Shown here piece after piece: positions 46,721 to 55,710 of a DNA stretch of 64,000 bases; positions within the stretch are counted from its first letter, which is position 1; each line of letters begins with the position of its first letter. Source of the stretch: Alphaproteobacteria bacterium (lineage in GTDB: Bacteria; Pseudomonadota; Alphaproteobacteria; Rhodospirillales; Rhodospirillaceae). The notes beneath the pieces were generated by a model. It searched no databases, was not told the origin of the DNA, and saw nothing but the letters and a program-made list of their open reading frames with translations. The position numbers and the translations under genes are program-made. The DNA lies in assembly GCA_030604885.1 (NCBI GenBank), contig JAUVUZ010000013.1:387-64386 (forward strand), given 5' to 3'.

Positions 46721-47508
46721 CGCGCCCGCTCCGGCCGGTGGGCGGCGAACCAGCCGAGGCCCGCCTCGGTGGCGCCGCGCGGGTTGTATTCGCAGCCGAT
46801 CCAGCCGTCGTAGCCGACCCGGTCGAACGCCGCGAAGACGTGGTCGTAGGCCAGCTCGCCCTCGTCCGGCTCGTGGCGGTCGGGCACCGAGGCGATCTGC
46901 ACGTGGGCGTATCGGCCCGCCAGGCGCTCGATGCGGCGGGTGATGTCGCCGTCCATGATCTGCGCGTGGTAGACGTCGAACTGCAGCTTCACGTTGGCGC
47001 GGCCGACGCGGTCGATCAGCGCCAGGGTCTCGTCCTGGCGGCTGACGAAGTAGCCGGGCATGTCGCGGGTGTTGAGCGGCTCGATCAGCAGCGTCACCCC
47101 CGCCTCGGCGGCGCGGTCGGCGGCCCAGGCGAGGTTTTCCACCCACGCGGCCTCGCAGGCGGCGCGATCCGGCTCCTGCGCGGTGACGCCCGACATGGTG
47201 TGGAGGCGGGCGCAGCCGAGGGCGCGGGCGTACTCCAGCGCCTGCTCCACCGAGGCGCGGAACTCGGCGCGCTTGCCCGGCCGCGCCGCGAAGCCGCGCT
47301 CGCCGCCCGCCCAATCCCCGGCGAACATGTTGAACAGCGCCAGCGTCAGGCCGTGGCGGTCGAGCCGCGACTTGATCTCGGCGGCGGGGTAATCGTAGGG
47401 GAACAGGAACTCCACCGCCTCGAAGCCGCACGCCGCGGCGCGGTCGATGCGGTCGAGAAACTCCACCTCCTTGAACATCATCGTCAGGTTGGCGGCGAAT
47501 TTGACCAT
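46717..47508 (-). CDS. otnI: 2-oxo-tetronate isomerase (hydroxypyruvate-isomerase-like TIM barrel)
   Basis: ORF 46717..47508 (263 aa). The product is MVKFAANLTMMFKEVEFLDRIDRAAACGFEAVEF... Confidence 0.75.
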   Translation of the reverse strand: MVKFAANLTMMFKEVEFLDRIDRAAACGFEAVEFLFPYDYPAAEIKSRLDRHGLTLALFNMFAGDWAGGERGFAARPGKRAEFRASVEQALEYARALGCARLHTMSGVTAQEPDRAACEAAWVENLAWAADRAAEAGVTLLIEPLNTRDMPGYFVSRQDETLALIDRVGRANVKLQFDVYHAQIMDGDITRRIERLAGRYAHVQIASVPDRHEPDEGELAYDHVFAAFDRVGYDGWIGCEYNPRGATEAGLGWFAAHRPERAR

Positions 47509-47511
47509 GGT

Positions 47512-48138
47512 TCAGCTCCTGAGTTCGCGGATTTCGTCGGCGGAAAGAAAGCGCACCGGGTCGCCCTTCAGCAGGAACACCAGCTTCGCGGTCTCCTCCA
47601 GCTCCTCGGCGTTGTTGACCGCGTCCTCGATGTCGGCCCCCAGCACCACCGGCCCGTGGTTGGCGAGCAGGAACGCCTGGGTGTCGTATTTCGCCGCCGC
47701 GGCCACCAGGTCGCGGGCGATGCGGGCGTCGCCGGGGCGGTAGTAGGGGATCACCGGCAGGCAGCCGACCCGCATCACGTAATAGGGGGTGAAGGCGCGG
47801 ATCGCGTTGTCCGCGTCCAGCCCCTCGCGGCAGGAAAGCGCGGTGAGATAGGTGGAGTGCAGATGCACCACCGCCCCCGCCCCGGGCCGCGCGGCATAGA
47901 GCGCGTGGTGGAAGGCGAACTCCTTCGAGGGCTTCGGCCCCGGCTTCGGCGTGCCCGCCGCGTCGATCACCGCGAGGTCCGAGGGCGCGAGGCGGCCGAG
48001 GCAGCCGCCGGTCGGCGTCACCAGGAAGCCGCCGTCCGGCAGTTTGAGCGACACGTTGCCCGCGCCCCCGACCGCGAGGCCGCGGTCGTAGAGCACCTTG
48101 CAGAGCCGCACCAGGCTCTCGCGCGCCGCCGCGCTCAT
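47512..48138 (-). CDS. otnC: 3-oxo-tetronate 4-phosphate decarboxylase (class II aldolase/adducin family)
   Basis: This is the 3' part of ORF 47512..49332, trimmed to the ATG at 48138 (ATGA overlap with the otnK stop). It is 208 aa with a ..GNVS.. motif and a VVHLHS metal site. Confidence 0.75.
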   Translation of the reverse strand: MSAAARESLVRLCKVLYDRGLAVGGAGNVSLKLPDGGFLVTPTGGCLGRLAPSDLAVIDAAGTPKPGPKPSKEFAFHHALYAARPGAGAVVHLHSTYLTALSCREGLDADNAIRAFTPYYVMRVGCLPVIPYYRPGDARIARDLVAAAAKYDTQAFLLANHGPVVLGADIEDAVNNAEELEETAKLVFLLKGDPVRFLSADEIRELRS

Positions 48139-49397
48139 CCCGCCACCCGTTCCGGCTGGCAGTCGAAGAAGAAGCTCGGCGCGCCGAAGTTGCCGGATTT
48201 GAGCGCCAGCGAATACGGCTTGTCGACCGCGCGCACCCACGGCACGCCCGGCGCGATCTGCGGCCCGATGTGGAAGCCCGAAACGCCGAGCGCCTGCACC
48301 ACCGCGCCCGAGGTTTCGCCCCCCGCCACCACGAAGCGGGTGAACCCGGCCTCGGCGAGCTGGCGGGCGAGCGCGGCGAAGGTCGCCTCGATCGCCATCG
48401 ACGCCGCCGCGCCGAAGCGCGCCTGGATGTCCTTCAGGGTCGCCGCGTCGGTGGTGGCGTAGAGCAGCGGCGCCAGGCCCGCCCGGGGCTGCGCCTGCAC
48501 CCACGCCGCCATCTCCCGCGCGTAGCCCGCCTGGTCGGCGAGGCAGCGCACCGGGTCCACCGGGAACGACGGCGCCTTGGCCTTGTATTCCGCCACCTGC
48601 CGGTTGGTCATCTGCGAGGCGGAGCCGGAGATCACCACGCCGCGCCCGGGCTGCGGCGCGCCCGCCGCCGCCGCGCGCGAGGGGTCCTGGTTGCGGCGAC
48701 GCCACGCCTTCGCCATCCCCGCCGCGAGGCCCGAGCCGCCGGTGACGAGCGGCATGTCGGCCACCGCCGCGCCGAGGGTGTCGAGGTGGGCGTCGGTGAG
48801 GGCATCGAGCACCGCGTAGCGCTTGCCCGCCGCGCGCAAGGCGTCCAGCTCCGCCTTCACCGCCGCCGGGCCGCGCGCCACCACCGCCGCCGTCACCACT
48901 CCGGCGCGGCCGATCGACTGGGATTCCATCAGCCGCACCAGGCTGCTGTCGGTCATCGGGTTGATCGGGTGGTCGCGCATGCCGGAATCCTCCAGCAGCA
49001 CGTCGCCCACGAACAGGTAGCCGTTGTAGATGGTGCGGCCGTTGACCGGCAGCGCCGGGCAGATCACCGTGAAATCGGCGCCGAGGGCGTCGAGCAGGGC
49101 GTCGGCCACCGGGCCGATGTTGCCCTTGCGGGTGGAATCGAAGGTGGAGCAATACTTCTGGTAGATGCGCGGGCAATCCCGCGCCCGCAGCCAGGCGAGG
49201 GCGGCGAGGCTGTCGGCCACCGCCTCGTCGGCGGGGCAGGAGCGGGACTTGAGCGAAATCACCACCGCCTCCGCCTCCACCGCAAGGTCGGCGGGCGGCA
49301 CCCCGATCAGCTGCGTGGTGGCCACGCCGCACGACACCAGGAACCCGGCGATGTCGGTGGCGCCGGTGAAATCGTCAGCAATCACGCCGATCAGCAT
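48135..49397 (-). CDS. otnK: 3-oxo-tetronate kinase (DUF1537 four-carbon acid-sugar kinase)
   Basis: This is the 3' part of ORF 48135..50342, trimmed to the ATG at 49397. It is 420 aa. The DUF1537 N-terminus is MLIGVIADDFTGATDIAGF. Confidence 0.8.
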   Translation of the reverse strand: MLIGVIADDFTGATDIAGFLVSCGVATTQLIGVPPADLAVEAEAVVISLKSRSCPADEAVADSLAALAWLRARDCPRIYQKYCSTFDSTRKGNIGPVADALLDALGADFTVICPALPVNGRTIYNGYLFVGDVLLEDSGMRDHPINPMTDSSLVRLMESQSIGRAGVVTAAVVARGPAAVKAELDALRAAGKRYAVLDALTDAHLDTLGAAVADMPLVTGGSGLAAGMAKAWRRRNQDPSRAAAAGAPQPGRGVVISGSASQMTNRQVAEYKAKAPSFPVDPVRCLADQAGYAREMAAWVQAQPRAGLAPLLYATTDAATLKDIQARFGAAASMAIEATFAALARQLAEAGFTRFVVAGGETSGAVVQALGVSGFHIGPQIAPGVPWVRAVDKPYSLALKSGNFGAPSFFFDCQPERVAG

Positions 49398-49402
49398 GGG
49401 CG

Positions 49403-50308
49403 TTACTCCGTTCCGGGCAGGGAGATCCCCGCGAAGGTTTTGATCACCGCGCAATCGTCCTCGCGGCCGAAGCCCGCGTTGCTGGCGTTGAGGAACATCG
49501 CGAACGCGGCGGAGGCGAGCGGCAGGGGGAACTTGAGGGCGCGGCCGGTCTCGGTGACGAGGCCGAGATCCTTGACGAAGATATCCACCGCCGAGCGCGG
49601 CGCATAGTCGCCCTCGACCACGTGCTTCATGCGGTTCTCGAACATCCAGGAATTGCCCGCCGCGTGGGTGACCACGTCGTACATCAGGTCGAGGGGAATC
49701 CCGGCGCGGGCGGCCAGGGCCATCGCCTCCGCCCCGGCGGCGATGTGGACCCCGGCGAGCAGCTGGTGGATCACCTTGACGGTGGCGCCGAGGCCGATGT
49801 CGGCGCCGATGCGGTAGACCTTGGCGGCGGTGGCGTCGAGCACCGGCGCGAGGCGCTCGAACGCCGCCTCCGGCCCCGAGGCCATCACCGTCATCTCCCC
49901 CGCCTCGGCCTTGACCGGGCCGCCGGAGACCGGCGCGTCCAGCACCAGCAGGCCGAGGGCTTCGAGTTCCGCCGCCAGGGCCTGGGCGTCGGCGGCGGAC
50001 TGGGTGCAGCTCAGCATCACCGCCGCGCCCCGGGGCAGGCGGGGGGCGAGGCCGTCCGGCCCGAGCAGGGCGGCGCGCGCCTGGGCGGCGTTCACCACCA
50101 GCACCACCGCCGCGTCGAAGCCGCAGTCGAGATCGGCGGAGGACGCGGCGGCGGCGGCACCGCCCGCGTCGAGAAAGCGGCGGCGCCGCTCCGCATCCGG
50201 CTCCACGCCCGAGACCGCGAGGCCCGCGCGCAGGCACGAGAGCGCCGCGCCCATCCCCATCGACCCCAGACCGACCACGCACACCCGGTACCCGCGCGCC
50301 TGCGCCAT
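49403..50308 (-). CDS. ltnD: L-threonate dehydrogenase (3-hydroxyisobutyrate dehydrogenase family)
   Basis: ORF 49403..50308 (301 aa, GGAGG upstream). It has the NAD fold VGLGSMGMG and is the first gene of the operon. Confidence 0.75.
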   Translation of the reverse strand: MAQARGYRVCVVGLGSMGMGAALSCLRAGLAVSGVEPDAERRRRFLDAGGAAAAASSADLDCGFDAAVVLVVNAAQARAALLGPDGLAPRLPRGAAVMLSCTQSAADAQALAAELEALGLLVLDAPVSGGPVKAEAGEMTVMASGPEAAFERLAPVLDATAAKVYRIGADIGLGATVKVIHQLLAGVHIAAGAEAMALAARAGIPLDLMYDVVTHAAGNSWMFENRMKHVVEGDYAPRSAVDIFVKDLGLVTETGRALKFPLPLASAAFAMFLNASNAGFGREDDCAVIKTFAGISLPGTE

Positions 50309-50521
50309 CGTCCGACCTCCCGTTGGTGTGTTCGTTTTTCACATATCATCACATTTTTGACCCTATCACCACAGGTTTTCACGCGCACTTCCCACATTTG
50401 AACATTTCCGAACGGCTCCATCCCGCCGCGCGCGTTGACAAAGCCGCCCCGAAGTGGTGCCATCGTGCGCACCGGACCTGGGCTTCGGCCCGCAAATCAT
50501 CGACTTGGAGGTTCCGCCCGG

Positions 50522-52357
50522 GTGTCGCCGCTCGAAGATCCCGCCCCCGCTCTGCTGTCGGTCGAGGGCCTCACCGTCGCCTTCGGCGGCCGCGCCGTGG
50601 TCGAGGACCTGAGCTTCGCGGTGCGCCCCGGCCGCACCCTCGCGATCGTCGGCGAAAGCGGCTCGGGCAAGTCGATCACCGCGCTCACCGCCATGCGCCT
50701 GGCCGAGGGCCTGGGCGCCACCGCCACCGGACGGATGACCTTCGCGGGCCGCGACGGCACCGTGGACCTGCTGGCGTTGTCGCAGGCGCGCATGCGCCGC
50801 GTTCGCGGCAAGGACGTGGCGATGATCTTCCAGGAGCCGATGACCAGCCTCGACCCGGTGTTCACGGTGGGCGAGCAGATCGCCGAGGCGCTGATGCTGC
50901 ACGAGGGGATGCGCCGCGCCGAGGCCCTCGCCGAGGCGGAGCGGCTGCTCGAAACCGTGCGCATGCCCGACGCGCGGGAACTGCTCGGCCGCTATCCGCA
51001 CCAGCTTTCGGGCGGCATGCGGCAGCGGGTGATGATCGCCATGGCGCTCGCCTGCCGCCCCCGGCTGCTGATCGCCGACGAACCCACCACCGCCCTCGAC
51101 GTCACCATCCAGGCGCAGATCCTCGGGCTGATCGCCGATCTCCAGCGGCAGTTCGGCATGGCGGTGGTGTTCATCACCCACGACATGGGCGTGGTGGCCG
51201 AGATCGCCGACGACGTGGTGGTGATGCGCCACGGCCGGAAGGTGGAGGACGGGCCGGTGGCGGAGATCTTCGCCGCGCCCAGGCACCCCTACACCCGCGC
51301 CCTGCTGGCGGCGGTGCCCAAGCTCGGCAGCATGGCGGGCGAGCCGCTGCCGCGCCGCCTGCCGCTGCTCTCGCCCGAGACCGGCGCCGAGATCGCCGCC
51401 CCGGCGGCCCAGGACACCGCGCGGACCGACGCGCCGCCGCTGCTCTCGGTGCGCGACCTCGCGGTGCGCTTCGACGTGCGGCGCACCTGGCTCGGCGGCG
51501 TCACCCACCGCGTCCACGCGGTGGAGACGGTGAGCTTCGACATCCGCCGCGGCGAGACCCTGGCGCTGGTGGGCGAAAGCGGCTCGGGCAAGTCCACCAT
51601 CGGGCGGACGATCCAGCAGCTTCAGCCCGCCTCGGCGGGGGAGGTGATCTTCGACGGCCGCAAGGTGTCGGAGATGACCGCCGCCGAGCGCCACGCCCTG
51701 CGCCAGCAGATCCAGTACATCTTCCAGGACCCTTACGCCTCCCTCGACCCGCGCAAGACGGTGGGCTTTTCCATCGCCGAGCCGATCCGCGTCCACCGCC
51801 TGCTCCACGGCGCGGCGGTGGCGCGGCGGGTGGCGGAGCTGCTGGAGAGCGTCGGCCTGCTGCCCGAGCACGCGGCGCGCTATCCCCACGAGTTCTCGGG
51901 CGGGCAGCGCCAGCGCATCTGCATCGCCCGGGCGCTCGCCTGCAATCCGCGCCTGATCGTCGCCGACGAGGCGCTCTCCGCCCTCGACGTCTCGGTGCAG
52001 GCGCAGATCGTCAACCTGTTCATGGAACTGCAGGAGCGGCACGGCCTCTCCTACCTGTTCATTTCCCACGACATGTCGGTGGTGGAGCGGATCAGCCACC
52101 GGGTGGCGGTGCTCTATCTCGGCCAGGTGGTCGAGCTGGGCAGCCGCGCCCAGGTGTTCGAAAGCCCGGCCCATCCCTACACCCGCCGTCTGCTGTCGGC
52201 GGTGCCGAGCGCCGACCCGGCGCGCCGCCGACCCCACGTTCCCCTGGAAGGGGAAATTCCGAGCCCGATCCGCCCCGCCGGGGACCCGCCCCGCATCCTC
52301 GCGCATCGGGAGATCGCCCCCGGGCACCTGGTCGCCGGTGCCGCCCCGCATCCCTAG
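50522..52357 (+). CDS. Peptide/nickel-type ABC transporter, fused double ATP-binding protein (DppD/DppF-like)
   Basis: ORF 50435..52357 starts at a TTG that lies inside a TTGACA box. I prefer the GTG at 50522, with GGAGG 10 nt upstream. It has two complete ABC cassettes (GESGSGKS twice, LSGGMRQR and FSGGQRQR). Confidence 0.85.
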   Translation: MSPLEDPAPALLSVEGLTVAFGGRAVVEDLSFAVRPGRTLAIVGESGSGKSITALTAMRLAEGLGATATGRMTFAGRDGTVDLLALSQARMRRVRGKDVAMIFQEPMTSLDPVFTVGEQIAEALMLHEGMRRAEALAEAERLLETVRMPDARELLGRYPHQLSGGMRQRVMIAMALACRPRLLIADEPTTALDVTIQAQILGLIADLQRQFGMAVVFITHDMGVVAEIADDVVVMRHGRKVEDGPVAEIFAAPRHPYTRALLAAVPKLGSMAGEPLPRRLPLLSPETGAEIAAPAAQDTARTDAPPLLSVRDLAVRFDVRRTWLGGVTHRVHAVETVSFDIRRGETLALVGESGSGKSTIGRTIQQLQPASAGEVIFDGRKVSEMTAAERHALRQQIQYIFQDPYASLDPRKTVGFSIAEPIRVHRLLHGAAVARRVAELLESVGLLPEHAARYPHEFSGGQRQRICIARALACNPRLIVADEALSALDVSVQAQIVNLFMELQERHGLSYLFISHDMSVVERISHRVAVLYLGQVVELGSRAQVFESPAHPYTRRLLSAVPSADPARRRPHVPLEGEIPSPIRPAGDPPRILAHREIAPGHLVAGAAPHP

Positions 52358-52366
52358 GAGACCTTC

Positions 52367-53896
52367 ATGAAACGCGTGCTGATGACATCGCTTCTGGCTT
52401 CGGTCGCCGTGGTCGGCGGCTGGTTCGCCGCCGCCCCCGCCCAGGCGGCGGGCACCCTCACCGTCTCCTCGCCGCAGGACCCGGGGAGCTGGGACCCGAT
52501 CGACACCTTCCTCATCAACTGGGCGTCGGTGGCCACCAACATCTACGACGGCCTCACCTATCGCGGGCCGGACGGCAAGCTCGTCCCCGGCCTCGCCACC
52601 GCGTGGCAGGAGCTGGACGACGGCAAGCGGGTGCGCTTCACCCTGCGCAAGGGCGTCAGCTTCCACAACGGCGAGCCGTTCGACGCGAAGGCGGTGAAGT
52701 TCACCTTCGACCGCCTGCTGGGCGACGAGGGCAAGAAGGGGCCGCAGCGCTCCAACTACACCGTGATCGAGGCGGTCGAGATCGTGGACGACTTCACCGT
52801 CGATTTCCGCCTCTCCGCCCCCGACCCGGTGCTGCTGGTGAAACTCGCCGGTTACGGCGCGATGATCGTGCCGCCGAAATACGTCCAGGAGAAGGGCGAC
52901 GACTTCTTCAACGCCCACCCGGTGGGCACGGGGCCGTTCAAGTTCGTCTCCTACGAACCCAAGATCGGCATCAAGCTCGAGGCCTACGCGCAGCACTGGG
53001 GCGGCGCGCCCAAGCTCGACCGGCTGGAGTACCGCTTCATCGCCGAACCGGCCACCGCGGTGGCCGAGTTGCAGGCGGGCCGGGTGGACCTGGTGATTCC
53101 GCCGACCATCCCGATCGGCATGATCTCCACCATCGAGTCCAACCCCAAGCTCGCCATCGCCGCGGTGCCCGGCCCGGGCGTGGACGCCCTGCGCTTCAAC
53201 ACCAAGTCGGGCATCACCAAGGACGAGCGGGTGCGCAAGGCGATGATCATGGCGGTGGACCGCGACGCGATCATCCAGTCGATCCTCCAGGGCCAGGCGC
53301 AGCCGATCGCCAGCTTCCAGGGGGCGCTGTCGTTCGGCTACGACCCCTCGCTCAAGCCCCTGCCGTTCGACCCGGCGCAGGCCAAGGCGCTTCTGAAGGA
53401 GGCCGGGGTGAAGCCCGGCACCGCGGTGCAGATCGACGTGCGCGGCAACGACGCCACCTTCGTCGAGGTGGCGCAGGCGGTGGCGGCCTACCTCCAGGGC
53501 GTCGGCCTCACCGCCAGCATCAAGCCCTACGAGGTCAACGTGCTGCTGAACGACATCATCCCCTCGGGCAAGACCGGCGAGATGTTCCAGCAGAAGTGGG
53601 GCGGCTGGACCCTCGACTACGACAACACCGCCTACGCGATGTATCACACCGGGCAGAAGTGGAACCCCTACGACAGCGACCCCAAGCTCGACGAGATGCT
53701 GGAAAGCCAGCGCTCGATCACCGACCGGGTGCAGCGCGAGCGGATTCTCCAGGGCATCGCCCGCTATGCCGCCGAACGGGCGCTCGAAATGCCGCTCTAC
53801 AATTCGAACGCGATCTACGGCGTCAACAAGCGGGTCAAGAACTTCGTGCCCGCCCCCGACAACCGCCTGCGCCTCGACGGCGTGAGCGTCGACTGA
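52367..53896 (+). CDS. ABC transporter substrate-binding protein, family 5 (DppA/OppA-like)
   Basis: ORF 52367..53896 (509 aa, AGGAG upstream). It has a signal peptide ending AQAAGTL and the SBP_bac_5 pattern. Confidence 0.85.
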   Translation: MKRVLMTSLLASVAVVGGWFAAAPAQAAGTLTVSSPQDPGSWDPIDTFLINWASVATNIYDGLTYRGPDGKLVPGLATAWQELDDGKRVRFTLRKGVSFHNGEPFDAKAVKFTFDRLLGDEGKKGPQRSNYTVIEAVEIVDDFTVDFRLSAPDPVLLVKLAGYGAMIVPPKYVQEKGDDFFNAHPVGTGPFKFVSYEPKIGIKLEAYAQHWGGAPKLDRLEYRFIAEPATAVAELQAGRVDLVIPPTIPIGMISTIESNPKLAIAAVPGPGVDALRFNTKSGITKDERVRKAMIMAVDRDAIIQSILQGQAQPIASFQGALSFGYDPSLKPLPFDPAQAKALLKEAGVKPGTAVQIDVRGNDATFVEVAQAVAAYLQGVGLTASIKPYEVNVLLNDIIPSGKTGEMFQQKWGGWTLDYDNTAYAMYHTGQKWNPYDSDPKLDEMLESQRSITDRVQRERILQGIARYAAERALEMPLYNSNAIYGVNKRVKNFVPAPDNRLRLDGVSVD

Positions 53897-53954
53897 CCGC
53901 GCCGCCGCCGCCCCCTCCCCGGGGCGGCGGCGCGCCAGCGAAGGACCGACCGCG

Positions 53955-54878
53955 GTGGCCGGATTTCTCATCAAACGTTTCGCGCTCGCGCTGTTCGTGA
54001 TGGCGGCGGTGACCCTTTTGGTCTCCTTCGCCATCCGCCTCACCGGCGACCCGGCGCTGATGCTGGCGCAGGGCGCCGGCTCGGTGACCGAGGAGGACCT
54101 GGTGCGGATCCGCGAGGGGCTGGGCCTCAACCAGTCGTTCCTCGCCCAGTATCTCGGCTTCGTCAGAGGGCTGGCGACGTTCGACTTCGGCCGCAGCTTC
54201 CTCGGCGGCACGCCGGTTTCGGTGCTGATCGCGGCGGCGCTGCCCGCCACTCTCGGCCTCGCGTTCGCCTCGATGGCGGTGTCGATCGCGGTGTCGATCC
54301 CGCTCGGCATCCTCGCCGCCGTGCATCGCGGCCGCTGGCCCGATCAGGCGATCCGCATCCTTTCCCTGGTGGGGCTGTCGTTCCCCAACTTCTGGCTGGC
54401 GACGATGCTGGTGCTGGTGTTCGCGATCGCCGTCAACTGGCTCCCGCCCTCGGGCATGGAGGGCTGGCAGAGCTTCGTCATGCCCGCCGCCACCATGGGC
54501 ATCATCCTCACCGCCACCAACGTGCGGCTGGTGCGCACCGCGATGCTCGACATCCTGCGCTCCCAGTTCATCATGGTCGCCCGCGCCAAGGGGCTGGCGG
54601 AAAACGTGGTGCTCTACAAGCACGCGCTGCGCAACTGCGCGATCCCCCTGGTCACCTACTTCGGCCTGCAGTTCGGCGGCCTGCTCGGCGGCATCGTGGT
54701 GGTGGAGCGGGTGTTCAACTGGCCTGGCATGGGCACCCTCGCCTTCGACGCCATCGCCGCGCGCGACTACCCCGTCCTCCAGGCGGTGATCTGCGTGCTG
54801 TCGCTGCTGATCGTCCTCGTCAACCTCGCGGTCGACATCGCCTACGGGCTGATCGACCCGCGCATCCGCACGGAGTGA
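53955..54878 (+). CDS. ABC transporter permease (DppB-like)
   Basis: ORF 53955..54878 (307 aa, GTG start). The product begins MAGFLIKRFALALFVM... and has the EAA-loop region ARAKGL.E..V..KHALRN. Confidence 0.85.
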   Translation: MAGFLIKRFALALFVMAAVTLLVSFAIRLTGDPALMLAQGAGSVTEEDLVRIREGLGLNQSFLAQYLGFVRGLATFDFGRSFLGGTPVSVLIAAALPATLGLAFASMAVSIAVSIPLGILAAVHRGRWPDQAIRILSLVGLSFPNFWLATMLVLVFAIAVNWLPPSGMEGWQSFVMPAATMGIILTATNVRLVRTAMLDILRSQFIMVARAKGLAENVVLYKHALRNCAIPLVTYFGLQFGGLLGGIVVVERVFNWPGMGTLAFDAIAARDYPVLQAVICVLSLLIVLVNLAVDIAYGLIDPRIRTE

Positions 54879-54882
54879 GCCG

Positions 54883-55710
54883 ATGCGCGGCTTCAAGAGC
54901 CTGGAATTCATCCTCGGCGCCACCCTGGTGGGCGGCATCGGCCTCGCCATCCTGCTCTCCGGCCTGCTGTTCCCCGACGGCGGCGAGAGCATCAACCTCG
55001 GCGCCCGCCTGATGCGCCCGTTCGTGGACGCCCGCCACCTCCTCGGCACCGACCCGCTCGGCCGCGACGTGCTGGCGCGGGTGGTGGTGGGCGGCAAGAT
55101 CTCCCTCAAGGTCGGCGCGTTCTCGGTGGCGGGGGCGGTGGTGGTGGGGGTGGCGATGGGGCTGGTGTCCGGCTACTACCGCGGCATCTGGGACGTGATC
55201 GTGATGCGCTTCGCCGACGTGCAGCTGGCGCTGCCCTTCATCCTGATGGCGATCACCTTCATCGCGATCTTCGGCGGCGGGCTGACCAACACCATCATTT
55301 TGCTGATCGTTTCCCAATGGGTGCAGTACGCGCGGCTGGTGCGCGGCTCGGTGCTGGCGCTGCGCGAGCGGGAGTTCATCCTCGCCGCCAAGGCGATCGG
55401 CGTGCCCGACGTCTCGATTCTCTTCGGCCATCTGCTGCCCAACCTGATCGGGCCGGTGATCGTGCTGATGACCCTCAACGTCGCCAACAACATCCTTCTG
55501 GAAAGCAGCCTCACCTTCCTCGGCCTCGGCGTCGACCCGACGATCCCGAGCTGGGGCGGAATGCTTGCCGACGGCCGCACCTACCTTCAGAATGCATGGT
55601 GGGTCAGCGTATTTCCGGGGCTCGCGATCCTGCTCACGGTGCTGGGGCTCAACCTCCTCGGCGACTGGCTGCGCGACAGCCTCGACCCCACCGGGAGGAC
55701 CGCGCGATGA
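54883..55710 (+). CDS. ABC transporter permease (DppC-like)
   Basis: ORF 54883..55710 (275 aa). It has the EAA-loop region AAKAIGV.D..I...HLLPN. Confidence 0.85.
   Translation: MRGFKSLEFILGATLVGGIGLAILLSGLLFPDGGESINLGARLMRPFVDARHLLGTDPLGRDVLARVVVGGKISLKVGAFSVAGAVVVGVAMGLVSGYYRGIWDVIVMRFADVQLALPFILMAITFIAIFGGGLTNTIILLIVSQWVQYARLVRGSVLALREREFILAAKAIGVPDVSILFGHLLPNLIGPVIVLMTLNVANNILLESSLTFLGLGVDPTIPSWGGMLADGRTYLQNAWWVSVFPGLAILLTVLGLNLLGDWLRDSLDPTGRTAR

Noticed and set aside
50366-54310. 1314-aa minus-strand ORF opposite the peptide ABC operon. The same applies to 7997..10555, 27112..29646, 31458..34247, 22291..24312 and 55587..58073.
   Set aside because: All are antisense to genes with strong family motifs (Walker boxes, H-box, PEPCK P-loop, Pol I). 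All have shadow-ORF composition and lack ribosome-binding sites.
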